64,000 nucleotides of DNA, from contig CAWDSQ010000008.1 of the NCBI GenBank assembly GCA_963804955.1, positions 1 through 64,000 on the forward strand, written 5' to 3'. Under the pieces are notes generated by a model. That model made no database searches. It was not told the DNA's origin and saw only the letters and a list, made by a program, of their open reading frames with translations. Below are positions 43,898-53,897 of the stretch, piece after piece. A program made the translations under genes and the position numbers. The stretch comes from an uncultured delta proteobacterium (lineage in GTDB: Bacteria > Desulfobacterota > WTBG01 > CAIYCZ01 > CAIRTM01). The first letter of the stretch is position 1. The number at the start of each line of letters is the position of its first letter.

Positions 43898-44425
43898 TTA
43901 CAGCCGTTTTTTTTCTAACCAGTAAAACAGAAAAAGTCCGCCGGCGATAAAAAAGAGAATAATTATCCAGGGGCTCACACCCAGCATCTGGGGAAGCGTG
44001 ATCTTTCCAAAATCCCCCCATGTTAGAAGTGTTTTTTTAAGTGCAGGATAGGCCTCAGCAAAAAGGGCTGCCCCTGCAAGCATGCCAAGCACCCCCCATA
44101 GACCATCAAGCCGACCTTCTGCAAGCGCACCCACCGATGTTCCGGGACAATAGCCAAGTATACCCCAGCCGATGCCAAAAATAAGGCCTCCAGGAATAAC
44201 AGCGCCCAGAATTGTCGGCTTAACAGAGAGTGTGGCAAGGCCGAAATCCAGTAATGCATACACGCCGATCATGCCCACCATCACGGTTGAAAACATAAAT
44301 TTTACAATGGTCATGTCCATGAAGCGCAGTGCCCCAAGCTGCCGGTCATACCGAAGCACGCTGCCGCGCTGCAGAAGAAAACCAAACAGCACGCCGGTTA
44401 CCAATCCGTAGAGGAGTGTATTCAT
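43898..44425 (-). CDS. YeeE/YedE (sulfur/thiosulfate transport) family protein
   Basis: FGFLLQRG and GGLIFGIGWGILGYCPGT. Confidence 0.88.
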   Translation of the reverse strand: MNTLLYGLVTGVLFGFLLQRGSVLRYDRQLGALRFMDMTIVKFMFSTVMVGMIGVYALLDFGLATLSVKPTILGAVIPGGLIFGIGWGILGYCPGTSVGALAEGRLDGLWGVLGMLAGAALFAEAYPALKKTLLTWGDFGKITLPQMLGVSPWIIILFFIAGGLFLFYWLEKKRL

Positions 44426-44955
44426 TGTTCATCCCTCCCTCTGTACAGAATTCTGGCCGTAATAACTCCTCCGATAAAAAAACAAATGAGGGCTATAAAG
44501 CCGCTGACCGCCAGCTGTGCTGAACCACTTAGGCCATGTCCCGACGGGCAGCCATCGGCAAGGCGTGCGCCGAACATTGCAATAACGCCGCCAACAAAAG
44601 CAACTCCTGCCCGTTTGAGAATGCTACCGCCAAATCGCTTGCGCCACATATCGGGAAGAGCCTGAAGTTTATACGTGCTCGAAATTTTGGACGCAATTGA
44701 AGCGCCGAAGAAAATACCGATAACAAACATCCACTGCCAGTCGACGATAGGCGCTTCCTTCATAAAATAGTCCATCGAAGCGACTCGTTCGGGGGTGAAA
44801 ATTTTTTCTATCATACCGGTTGACCGCACGAAGGTGGTTGATGTGCCGAAAAATTTTCCAGAAAGCGCAACCGATCCGACAAGAACAAGTCCGGCGAGAG
44901 CGCCTGCAAGATAAGGATTCCAGAAGCTTTCACCCTGTGTTGTCCTCATGCTCAT
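44422..44955 (-). CDS. YeeE/YedE family protein
   Basis: WNPYLAG and FGARLADGCPSGHGLSG. Confidence 0.88.
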   Translation of the reverse strand: MSMRTTQGESFWNPYLAGALAGLVLVGSVALSGKFFGTSTTFVRSTGMIEKIFTPERVASMDYFMKEAPIVDWQWMFVIGIFFGASIASKISSTYKLQALPDMWRKRFGGSILKRAGVAFVGGVIAMFGARLADGCPSGHGLSGSAQLAVSGFIALICFFIGGVITARILYRGRDEQ

Positions 44956-45169
44956 TATGGCCTCCCTTCAAAATAGTATTTTGTTTCCGGCCTCCCCGCC
45001 TCATAAAATTCCCTGCAGCCCGTATGGCGGTTGCATCCTGACAGGTACCGGCTTCGTGGGAGACTGTCCATACATATACGGTTTTGTAATGTGCAAAACA
45101 TTTGCCCTGTAATGACCATGCTGCCTGTTCGGTCAGAATCAAAACCGGCAATCCGTTCACAGGTAAGTA

Positions 45170-46516
45170 TCAGGAACCGCTTTTTTTTATTGGGGCTGCA
45201 AGACCGTGCTTTTTCATTTTATACCTCAGGACCCGCTCGCTAATCCCCAGCGCTTCGGCTGCCCGTGTCTGTACCCAGCCGGTTTGTTCAAGCGCGGCAC
45301 ACAGCAGTTCCTTTTCCATGGCCTCAAGGCTTTGCTCAAGCGTGCCCTGCGTCGAGGCCTGATACTGACGCACTTCAAAGGGCAGAACGGAGGCGTCGAT
45401 CAGGGTACCCCGGGCCAGGGTGATGCTGCGCTGCACGATATGCTCCAGCTCCCGGACATTGCCGGGATAGGGATATTTGATCAGGGCATCCAGCGCTTCG
45501 GGGGCAAGGCGATAGGGCCGGTCGGCATAGCGCTGCAGGAAAAACTCTATCAGCGGGGGGATGTCTTCCCGCCGCGATCGCAGGGGCGGAATTTCCAGTT
45601 CAAGCACCTTGATGCGGTAGTAGAGGTCCTGCCGGAACAGACCGTCTGCGGCAAGCCGGCTGATGTCGCGGTTGGTAGCAGCGATCAGCCGGGCGTCGAC
45701 ATTGATCTGCTGTTCGCCACCGATTCGGGCGAAATGTTTTTCCTGAATGGCCCGCAGCAGTTTGGGCTGCATCGGCAGCGGCAGCTCGGTGATTTCATCC
45801 AGAAACAGCGTGCCTCCATCGGCCAGCTCAAAATGACCGCGGCGCCTGCCGGCAGCGCCGGTGAAAGAGCCCTTTTCATGGCCGAACAGCTCGCTTTCAA
45901 AAAGATTTTCGGGAATAGCCGCGCAGTTGAGTGCAATAAAGCCACCGTCTTTTCTGGTGCTGAGCAGGTGTATGAGATGGGCAAGAAGCTCCTTGCCCGT
46001 GCCGGTTTCGCCCTGAATCAGGACGGGCCAGGGGCTGCCGGCCAGCCTGCCGGCCAGCGACAGCACGCGCTTCATGGCCTGGCTTTTGGCGATGATGTTC
46101 AGAGGCAGATCCCGGTTCTCGATTGCTGCTTCAATATCGGTCACATCGCCGTCAATAGCCGCCTGCTGCTCGATGGTCTGAATTTTTACAAGCAGCTCGT
46201 CCAGGTCGACAGGTTTTTCAAGAAACTCATCGGCGCCCAGCTTCATGACCGCAACGGCCGTATGCACGCTGCTGAAGGCCGTTATCATGATGGCGCGCAC
46301 CAGCGGATTAACCTCCTTCAGGTGCTGTAAAAGCTCTTCACCGCTTTCGCCGGGCATGCGCTGATCAAGCAGCACGAGCTGCACGGGCTCTCGCTGAAAA
46401 ACGGCCCGGGCCTCCTGCCCGCTGGCAGCGGTGAGAACGTCATGGCCCTGGTGCCTGAGAAAGCCGCTGAGCATGTCGCGCTGGCTGGCTTCGTCGTCCA
46501 CAACAAGTATGTTCAT
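45170..46516 (-). CDS. Sigma54-dependent response regulator (NtrC/ZraR family)
   Basis: Receiver, GETGTGKE, ESELFGHEKGSFTGA and Fis-type HTH. Confidence 0.93.
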   Translation of the reverse strand: MNILVVDDEASQRDMLSGFLRHQGHDVLTAASGQEARAVFQREPVQLVLLDQRMPGESGEELLQHLKEVNPLVRAIMITAFSSVHTAVAVMKLGADEFLEKPVDLDELLVKIQTIEQQAAIDGDVTDIEAAIENRDLPLNIIAKSQAMKRVLSLAGRLAGSPWPVLIQGETGTGKELLAHLIHLLSTRKDGGFIALNCAAIPENLFESELFGHEKGSFTGAAGRRRGHFELADGGTLFLDEITELPLPMQPKLLRAIQEKHFARIGGEQQINVDARLIAATNRDISRLAADGLFRQDLYYRIKVLELEIPPLRSRREDIPPLIEFFLQRYADRPYRLAPEALDALIKYPYPGNVRELEHIVQRSITLARGTLIDASVLPFEVRQYQASTQGTLEQSLEAMEKELLCAALEQTGWVQTRAAEALGISERVLRYKMKKHGLAAPIKKSGS

Positions 46517-48078
46517 GCCGGTTGATCTCCTGTTGGCTTGGCCGGGAATAGTATAGTGATTAAAAGAATGCCGCCGTCCGCCGGCTGTATGGCAAGAGTC
46601 CCGCCGTGCTCCTGAACAATGCGCCGCACGATGGCAAGGCCAAGGCCCGTGCCGTCCGGCCTGCCGGTAAAATAGGGCTCGGTGATCCGTGCGACTGCTT
46701 CCCCGGGCAGGGAAAAGCCGCCGTTGGTCATCGCCAGGCGAATGTCACGGCCCAGGTCGTCTATGACTATCTTTATAAATCCGCCACGGGGCTGGGCTTC
46801 CATTGCGTTTTTGAGGAGGTTTTCAATGACCTGCTCGATCAGATCCTGATCTCCGGAAACAGGCCGTGCCGAATCAGCCACAAGCTCCACGCTGATGCCC
46901 TGCTGCCGGCAGCGAGCCTCGTAGAGCCGCAGCACTTTTTCAACGCTGCGGTCAAGCCGCACGGCATGCCGCACCAGGGCGCGAGGCACAGCATAGCTCA
47001 GCAGATCGCTTACAATGCCGTTGGTCCTGCGAACGGCGTCACGCATGATCTCAAGCAGGGCCAGGTTCTCACCACTCAGTGCCGGCGCTTCTTTCTGCAG
47101 GCGCTGCAGTCCCATGCTCAGGGCGTTCAAGGGGTTTCGTATCTCATGCGCGATTGCGGCCGCGGCTTTTCCCAGTGCCGCATCCTGCCGTTCGTCAGCG
47201 ATCTTTTTTTCATATGCGCTGATCTGCGCCAGATGCTTTGCCTGCTGCCGGTACAGCACAAGCGACAGCACCAGCCCCAGGCAGGCAACCGCTGCGCTGA
47301 AGCCGATAAAATCGCGCCACAGCCGCTGCATGGCCGTTTCAAGATGCGCGGCATCAAGGCCTACCGTCATGCCGGTTTCGCCCACGGTCATGTTCACTTC
47401 AGCAACCGCCGCAGGGCCGCTGCCCATAAGTTCGACCTGCTGCTCACGCCCCGTCTGCGCAGAGTTGTTTCCGGCAGGCATCGTTCTGATGTACCGAATA
47501 CCCGGAAGCCGCGTGATGGTAGCTATAACCGCTTCAAGGCCGAGCTCTTTTTGGAGCTTTTCTATCCGGGCCGCTTCAACCCCTACCAGCACCCATCCTC
47601 CCTTGTTCGAGTCGGGCCAGCGCAGCACATATAAGTGGGATGCAGCATTATACTGGAGCAACGGCGTTTTTTCAGGATGCAGAGACAGAGCTTTAGTCCA
47701 GCCTGGAGGACCTTCCACAACAGCCCCGCCGGGTCGCGCTATATATATGCCGGCCAGGCTCGCTTCACGGGCAAACCCCGACAGTTCGCCTGCGGTAAAC
47801 GGCTCGATAGCATCAAGATAGAGGATAAAGCGGGCAGTATTGCCCAGAAAGGTCTGCAGCAGTTCCTCGGACACCTGCTGCGACAGCAGCGCACCTTTTG
47901 CGCTTAACTCAATGACATTGGCGACAAGCCCTGAGGCCTCCTTGATTCTTGCGATAAAGGCATCACGCGTCACCTGCGCCTGCCATAGAAAATAGCCGAC
48001 AATGGCTGCAAACATACAGCCGAAGGCCAGCAGGTTGCTGACCCAAAGCGGCAGCGACCTACCGGCCGCCCTGGCCAC
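46513..48078 (-). CDS. Membrane sensor histidine kinase (ZraS-like)
   Basis: GTG 48078 with GGAGG RBS; two TMs; AHEIRNPL and GTGLGL. Confidence 0.85.
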   Translation of the reverse strand: MARAAGRSLPLWVSNLLAFGCMFAAIVGYFLWQAQVTRDAFIARIKEASGLVANVIELSAKGALLSQQVSEELLQTFLGNTARFILYLDAIEPFTAGELSGFAREASLAGIYIARPGGAVVEGPPGWTKALSLHPEKTPLLQYNAASHLYVLRWPDSNKGGWVLVGVEAARIEKLQKELGLEAVIATITRLPGIRYIRTMPAGNNSAQTGREQQVELMGSGPAAVAEVNMTVGETGMTVGLDAAHLETAMQRLWRDFIGFSAAVACLGLVLSLVLYRQQAKHLAQISAYEKKIADERQDAALGKAAAAIAHEIRNPLNALSMGLQRLQKEAPALSGENLALLEIMRDAVRRTNGIVSDLLSYAVPRALVRHAVRLDRSVEKVLRLYEARCRQQGISVELVADSARPVSGDQDLIEQVIENLLKNAMEAQPRGGFIKIVIDDLGRDIRLAMTNGGFSLPGEAVARITEPYFTGRPDGTGLGLAIVRRIVQEHGGTLAIQPADGGILLITILFPAKPTGDQPA

Positions 48079-48658
48079 CCCGGCCTCCTCCGCTCCCGCC
48101 TGCGCCGCCTCCACCACCACCGCCTGAGCCTCCACCACCACCGCCTGAGCCACTTCCTCCGCCGAACCCGCCACCACCACCGCTTGAGCCACTTCCCCCG
48201 CCGAACCCTCCTCGGCCACCACCTCCACCGGCCCCTCCTCCGAAGCCGCTACCGTGGTTGCCGCCGCCTGCCGAACCCTTGCCCAGGCGCTGCCGAACCC
48301 CGGTCGAGTCTTGCGGGCCGGCGCCCCGTTCACCTGGCTGGCCTGCTGGCCCTTTGCCCCTGCGGTCATTGAAATATGAGTTTGATGCGGAAAAACGACC
48401 GGTGCTTTTATCCATAGAACCCCATACCCGGACAAGCGCGTTCTGCTGAGTATTTTTCGGCAGGGCCGTTCGTTCGATCGTAATGACCTTAGGTTTCTGG
48501 CCGGCATCATCACGTAAGTCGGCAGGGCCGTCGACTACTTCCATCTGAACTGTACCCTTGTCCTGATCAATGGAGATGACCCGGCCGAGTATCAGCTCTT
48601 CGGCGCTGCAGTACGAGATGCACAGCAGTGAAATTAAAAATACCAGGAAAAACCGCAT
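48059..48658 (-). CDS. Exported protein with Gly-rich C-terminal tail
   Basis: Signal peptide; DSTGVRQRL followed by poly-Gly. Confidence 0.7.
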   Translation of the reverse strand: MRFFLVFLISLLCISYCSAEELILGRVISIDQDKGTVQMEVVDGPADLRDDAGQKPKVITIERTALPKNTQQNALVRVWGSMDKSTGRFSASNSYFNDRRGKGPAGQPGERGAGPQDSTGVRQRLGKGSAGGGNHGSGFGGGAGGGGGRGGFGGGSGSSGGGGGFGGGSGSGGGGGGSGGGGGGGAGGSGGGRGGQGGR

Positions 48659-49683
48659 TGCGTCACCATCTGATGATAGAACTCAGAATTTACTTTTGAA
48701 TTGTTTTTAAGCCACGTCATTTTGCCGTAGACCTCCACCGGGCCGAAAAACCGGCTGACCTGCGCTCCCGCGAAAAACGTTTTATCAGTGCGATTCGTGT
48801 GCAGCGGGCTTTCATCATAGGCCGTGCGCCACAGCCCCGACTCAAGCTGCAGCCGCCAGACTTCGGTCATATCCCAGGTGAGACGGGTGCTTGCATGCAC
48901 CTGCCGGTAGGTTTCAAAGTCGTCGGTAGAATGAAGCCGCGAGTAGCCAGTGAGGATACTGCCGTATACTGTCGGCGTCAGAAACAGGTCGCAGATAAAG
49001 TCGCCGTTTGTCAGATGATCATTGCGCGAGGTTTTCACGACCGACAGCTCCTGCAGATCAGCCTCGGCCCCGCTGCCGCTGCCAGCCAGAGAAAGAAGCC
49101 CCGCGGCAGATGCTTCCTGGCCTTGCGGCTCGGCATAGCTGTAGGAGGAGTTTTTGTAGTTCAGGCGGCTGTAGGTCCCTTCAAGGGACAGTGTCATAAA
49201 ACGGGAATATATCCAGCTCAGCCGCAGGCCGGCAAGATACTGGTCCCGATCGTCCTCCGGCATGTAATCATCGCGGTAAGAATTCGCCTCCACAAGCAGC
49301 GCCGGCACCAGCCGGCTTCCCAATACCGGACGGGCCAGCTCGCCGCGGGCTCTTAAAAAATAATTGTCGCCCACGCGCGTATAGTTTTGATAACTGCCCT
49401 CCAGCAGACCCATAAAACTTGCGCCACCCCCAAGCTGCCAGGTATCGGACATGCCGGCCCGATGGAATATAAAGCCGGAGCCTTTCCGGTTATTGGTCTG
49501 CGCGGGGTTGTCATTATATCCCGCAGACGTCTCCAGGCTGAAATCTGCGCAATCAGCGACTGATGGCCATGCATACGACATAAACACCAAGCTCCCGCAG
49601 ATGAGCACAAGCAGCCTCTCCCGCCAAATGCCTTTTTCTATCTGCTCAGATACTCCGGAAATTTTTTTCGTAAGGCTCGCCAA
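48634..49683 (-). CDS. Putative outer-membrane beta-barrel protein
   Basis: AGYNDN start of mature part, alternating strands, C-terminal FSWYF. Confidence 0.7.
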   Translation of the reverse strand: MASLTKKISGVSEQIEKGIWRERLLVLICGSLVFMSYAWPSVADCADFSLETSAGYNDNPAQTNNRKGSGFIFHRAGMSDTWQLGGGASFMGLLEGSYQNYTRVGDNYFLRARGELARPVLGSRLVPALLVEANSYRDDYMPEDDRDQYLAGLRLSWIYSRFMTLSLEGTYSRLNYKNSSYSYAEPQGQEASAAGLLSLAGSGSGAEADLQELSVVKTSRNDHLTNGDFICDLFLTPTVYGSILTGYSRLHSTDDFETYRQVHASTRLTWDMTEVWRLQLESGLWRTAYDESPLHTNRTDKTFFAGAQVSRFFGPVEVYGKMTWLKNNSKVNSEFYHQMVTQCGFSWYF

Positions 49684-49922
49684 AACCTGCTTGCTCCGGG
49701 GGTTCGCTTTTGTTGGCTAAAAAAGCTCTGCTCAAGGCCAGTACCGCACTCGCAAGATCCAGCCCAAAATTGTTTCTACTTTTACTTTACTGCACATGCA
49801 TTGTATTGCAATAATTATTTTCTATTGTGCAGGCGGGCGGCAAGCACGGCTTGCGAACCCCAAAACCGTGGTTGCCGCTGCCCTCTGGAACTGCACATCC
49901 GCCCGCATAGCATGCTTACTGC

Positions 49923-50444
49923 TTACTTTTTCCCGCCGTACCGGCCACCCCTCCACAGGGGTTTTCCCGTATCGGGATCGCGCAGCTGCACCTCCGTGCC
50001 GTTCACGGTGATCGTCATGGCTATATTGCGCTCAACGCCGGAAAAGTTCACCGTATAGCCGCTGGCCGACACTTCGTCGCCAACCTCCGGCCGGTCAACA
50101 TCAAGCTTGTCCCAGTAGCGCACAGGGCCGATGCCGTACACGGTAGCATTGTCTTCTGCCGTTGCAATCACCATGCCCTGGCCGTAGCCTATGCTGATAA
50201 CAGTTCCTTCATACACAAAAGGCGTTCCTTCAAGAATACCCTGGGCTATTCCGCTGTAGTTTGCCTGCGTGCAGGTGCCGTTGCCCTGTCCGCCATTTGT
50301 GCCATTATACTGCTGGCCGCCCTTGGTGCCGTTACCATTGCCGTCGCTGCCATTGCCACCATTACCATTGCCGGCATAGCCTGAACCTGCTCCGATCAGC
50401 ACCGCCAGAGCAATAATAAAAGCTGTATATAAGGTCTTTTTCAT
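49923..50444 (-). CDS. Exported Gly/Asn-rich OB-fold-like protein
   Basis: Signal peptide; GIGPVRYW and LRDPDTGKPLWRGG. Confidence 0.75.
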   Translation of the reverse strand: MKKTLYTAFIIALAVLIGAGSGYAGNGNGGNGSDGNGNGTKGGQQYNGTNGGQGNGTCTQANYSGIAQGILEGTPFVYEGTVISIGYGQGMVIATAEDNATVYGIGPVRYWDKLDVDRPEVGDEVSASGYTVNFSGVERNIAMTITVNGTEVQLRDPDTGKPLWRGGRYGGKK

Positions 50445-50570
50445 TTTATCTCTCCTGTTTTTTTGTTTTTCATTCACCGATTATTAAACTCTTTCTGGCT
50501 TTTTCACTATTCATCTTCCGGGGGGCATCACCGTCCTTTCTCACAGTCAACGATTCTGCCCATTTGTCAT

Positions 50571-50673
50571 TACACGAATAATGCCAAAACATTTTTCATG
50601 TTTTTTCAGCAAGTTGCAATAATCGGCACTAAGCCTTTTCGACAATCATTGTTTTCACCCGACAAAATTGTCG
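50571..50673 (-). promoter_or_regulatory. Possible sigma54 promoter with CGACA-type enhancer sites
   Basis: Minus strand TGGCATTATTCGTGTA (GG-N10-GT, variant -12); palindrome cgacaaaattgtcg 50660-50673 and a partial copy at 50640. Confidence 0.4.
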
Positions 50674-50845
50674 AACAGTAGGATTTTGACTTCTCACTAC
50701 AGTAAAGGTTCAGCATACTTCTTTTGGAGAATACTTTTCAACTTGCCAGTTATGTATGGTGGTTCGATCAACCCCCAGCTTTTCAGCTGAGTGACAGTTG
50801 ATGGTATCCTTTATTTGAAGGGGTTTTTTAAAGGCGAAGAAGGCA

Positions 50846-50940
50846 AATTAAAGGGTTACGGCAATCTCCCCGTGCCCGGATGTGTCCGGGGTGGAGAGCC
50901 AAATTTAAAAGCCCGATTCCGCAAGGAGTCGGGCTTTTTT
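50846..50940 (+). repeat. att-like repeat R4
   Basis: aattaaagggtta-cggc-aatctccccgtgcccggatgtgtccggggtggagagcca...aaaagcccgattccgcaaggagtcgggctttt. Confidence 0.92.
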
Positions 50941-51155
50941 ATTCATAATGCCGCTGTTTTTAAGCTCGTAAGAATGGAAAAGCAGACCGATTATATATTT
51001 GTCAATTTATTTCCTTTCTTCCCCGCGCCTGAAGGGCTGCTTTCCTCGGAGGTTGTGAGAAGGGGGGCGCCATGCTATATTAACAGCAATTGGGTGGTTG
51101 ACCCGTAACGCAACAAATTGCGAAATGCGCATATCAACAGAGAAAGGAATAAGGC

Positions 51156-51432
51156 ATGAAAAAAGTACAAGAATTGATCATTCTTTGCGTTGCCGCTATC
51201 TTTATAGCGGCTGCAGGATTCAGCAGTGAAGGCAGATGTGACGAGCATCCAAAAGCAGACCATCCGGCTGTCGAAGCACCAAAGGCTGCTCCTCCACAGG
51301 CTGAACAGCCTGTTGCGGACCAACCAAAGGCCGACCAACCAAGGCCGACCACAAAGCTGAGCACCCCAAAGCTGAACATCCACAGGCAGAACCTCCCAAG
51401 GCCGACCATCCGTCATCGGAACATCCGCGATG
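51156..51432 (+). CDS. Small exported protein of (K/Q)A(D/E)(H/Q)P pentapeptide repeats; one indel near 51350
   Basis: Signal peptide, then DEHP KADHP...AEQP ADQP KADQP KAEHP KAEHP KADHP SEHPR. Confidence 0.65.
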
Positions 51433-52819
51433 ATGGTAAGGTCTGTGAAGCGTCAGTTGACATGCCTCTCGGCATGCGGCTGCCTGTTTGCACTGCTGGC
51501 GGCCCTTGTTGTAGCTCAAGGCTCTATCCGGGAGGCATGGGCGGTCACGGAGAGCAAGCCTGCCGCCTCCGCTCTGCCGGCCGTTGTGACCGCTGATATT
51601 CAGGCCGGCATCGAGCGCCACATCGAGCAGCAAGCGCGCCTGGGTGAGGGCTACTTTCGCCTGCAGTTCAAGGATCGTGAGCTGCGGCTGAAACTGGTGC
51701 GGGTACACACCGAGTATCTTGCAAACCTGGGTCCCCGGCGGCATTTCGCCTGCGTTGACCTGGCGGATGTGAGCGGCGACGTGTACGACGTTGATTTTTT
51801 CCTTTCGGGCGATCCCGGCTCCATGACCGTTACCGAGACGACCGTCCACAAGATAAACGGTCAGCCTTACTACGCGTGGGAGCAGAAAAAGGACGGGACC
51901 TGGCACCGGATACCCATCGAGCGCGCATCGGAAGGGCATTTCGGCGTTATCCGTGAGCGAGACAACTTTGAGTTCAAGTATTGGGCGAGGCTGCCGGAGC
52001 TGACAGCCCCGGCGCGCATGTGGCTTCCACTGCCTGAAACGGACCGGTTCCAGACGATTGAAATTGTCTCTATGCTGGTTCCCGGCAGGCAGCGCATTGT
52101 TCATGACCGCAAGCACGGCAACCGCGTGCTGATTTTGGACCTGGCTCCTGACGACAGCGGACGGGACAATCGATATCCGTTTTGCAGTGCGGCGCAGCGA
52201 GAAATCCGCCTATGCAGCGCCGAAACCCGAGGAAATGCACCTGGCGCCTGACAGGCTCGTGCCTATCACCGACGAGTTTCAGGCAACGGCGCGCACGGTC
52301 GTCGCCGGCAAAAAGGAAGACCTCGTGCGGGCCCGTGCGCTCTACGATCATGTGATAGACCGCATGCGCTACATGAAATATGGCGATGGCTGGGGCAAGG
52401 GGGACGCCGTCTACGCCTGCAGCATTCGAACCGGCAATTGCACGGATTTTCATGCCTATTTCATCGCGCTGGCCCGGTCGATCGGCCTGCCGGCGCGTTT
52501 CGCGATAGGAGCAGGCATCCCCTCCGAGAGAAACGACGGCGGAATAGACGGCTATCACTGCTGGGTAGAGTTTTATGCCGATGGCAAGTGGTGGCCTGTG
52601 GACATCAGCGAAGCAGATAAGTATACAGCCCTTTCAACATATTATTTCGGCCATCATCCGGCCAACCGTTTCGAATTTAGCCGGGGCCGTGATTTGGAAG
52701 TTGACCCGCTTCCGGCATCGGGACCGATCAATTTTCTTGCTTACCCTCTGCTGGAAGTTGCAGGACAACCGGTCAGGGCCGACGTCGCGTTTTCGTTCAA
52801 GAGAACGGTTCAGCATTAA
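51430..52819 (+). CDS. Exported transglutaminase-like domain protein; indel near 52165
   Basis: GNCTDFH, YHCWVEFY and WWPVD give the Cys-His-Asp triad. Confidence 0.85.
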
Positions 52820-52840
52820 TGGGGGCTTAATTTAATCGAA

Positions 52841-52923
52841 CAGCAATCTCCCCGTGCCCGGATGTGTCCGGGTTGGAGACCCAAAATTAAAAGCCCGACT
52901 CCTTGCGGAATCGGGCCTTTTTT
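52841..52923 (+). repeat. att-like repeat R5
   Basis: cagcaatctccccgtgcccggatgtgtccgggttggagaccca...aaaagcccgactccttgcggaatcgggcctttt. Confidence 0.92.
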
Positions 52924-53165
52924 CTTTTAAAGCCACGGACAAAACAGGGGGAACATTGTTGCATGTGTCGAATTACCAGCATTGCAGCCAATGCCTTGAA
53001 AATTGCCGGGGCATAACCGGGGCAGCCCTGGTGCTGCAAAAGCGCGCACAAAGTTGGGCGGTAAACGAGGTGGATACAGGTAATCAAACAGACCCTGTCA
53101 AAAATTTTACTGCAGCCTTAAAAAATTCCTCACGAGATGCTGCATAAAATCAAACAGGGCACAGG

Positions 53166-53826
53166 TCAATCCATGACACAACGCACACTAATGCCGTAGT
53201 CCTTGGTTACGCCTGTATAGTCCCTTAAAATTCCGCTCTGGGTCATATCCAGCATCATGGTCCAGGCGTGGGTGTCGTCGTACTCAGTAGAGGTCCAGAT
53301 CATGATGTGGTACCCCAGCATTTTAAAAGTGCCCGCAGGATTACGGTTACCGCTTGGCAGAGCGGAAAACCCGCTTGAGTTTGTGGCTCCCGTATTAGGG
53401 CTGTGCCACAGGCCGGTTCCGGCTTCAATTGTTCCGGTTGCTTTCAGCCTCCCACCGGCAATTTTGCTTATTTCAAATCCATCGTTTGGCTCCGAGCGAG
53501 GGTCCAAATATTTTACAAGGGTTGACCACTCCTCGTCACTTCCCAGGTGCCAGCCGGCAGGGCAGGCAGTCAATGCTGTTTCCCAGTCATAAAGCCTGCC
53601 ATAGGTTTCGCAATTTTCAGGATCATCATCATAACACCAGCTGTTCCCGGTCTCGTAGTTAAGGTCCTGCGCAAGCCAGGTCTGATCTCCGAGCTTCACC
53701 GTTTTGTATGTCTGCCCATCACGTGCATCCGTCATTTCACCCAAAACGGGTTTTATTGCAACCACCGGTACATAAAAACAGAATTGCCATCATGATTAGT
53801 AAAAATGGTTTAATTGTTTTTTTCAT
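53166..53826 (-). CDS. FISUMP (Fibrobacter succinogenes major paralogous)-like domain lipoprotein; indel near 53750
   Basis: DARDGQTYKTVKLGDQTWLAQDL, YGRLYDW, CPAGWHL and SVRC. Confidence 0.85.
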
Positions 53827-53897
53827 TTTACTCCTCCCTGTTACGGCATTTTACTGAAGCCCGGCTAAATACCACACAACGTCAATCAGGGTGTATT

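Noticed and set aside
48080..48513. Long N-terminal extension of the 666-aa kinase ORF
   Set aside because: It is an alternate-frame read of the Gly-rich gene; a GTG with RBS lies at 48078.
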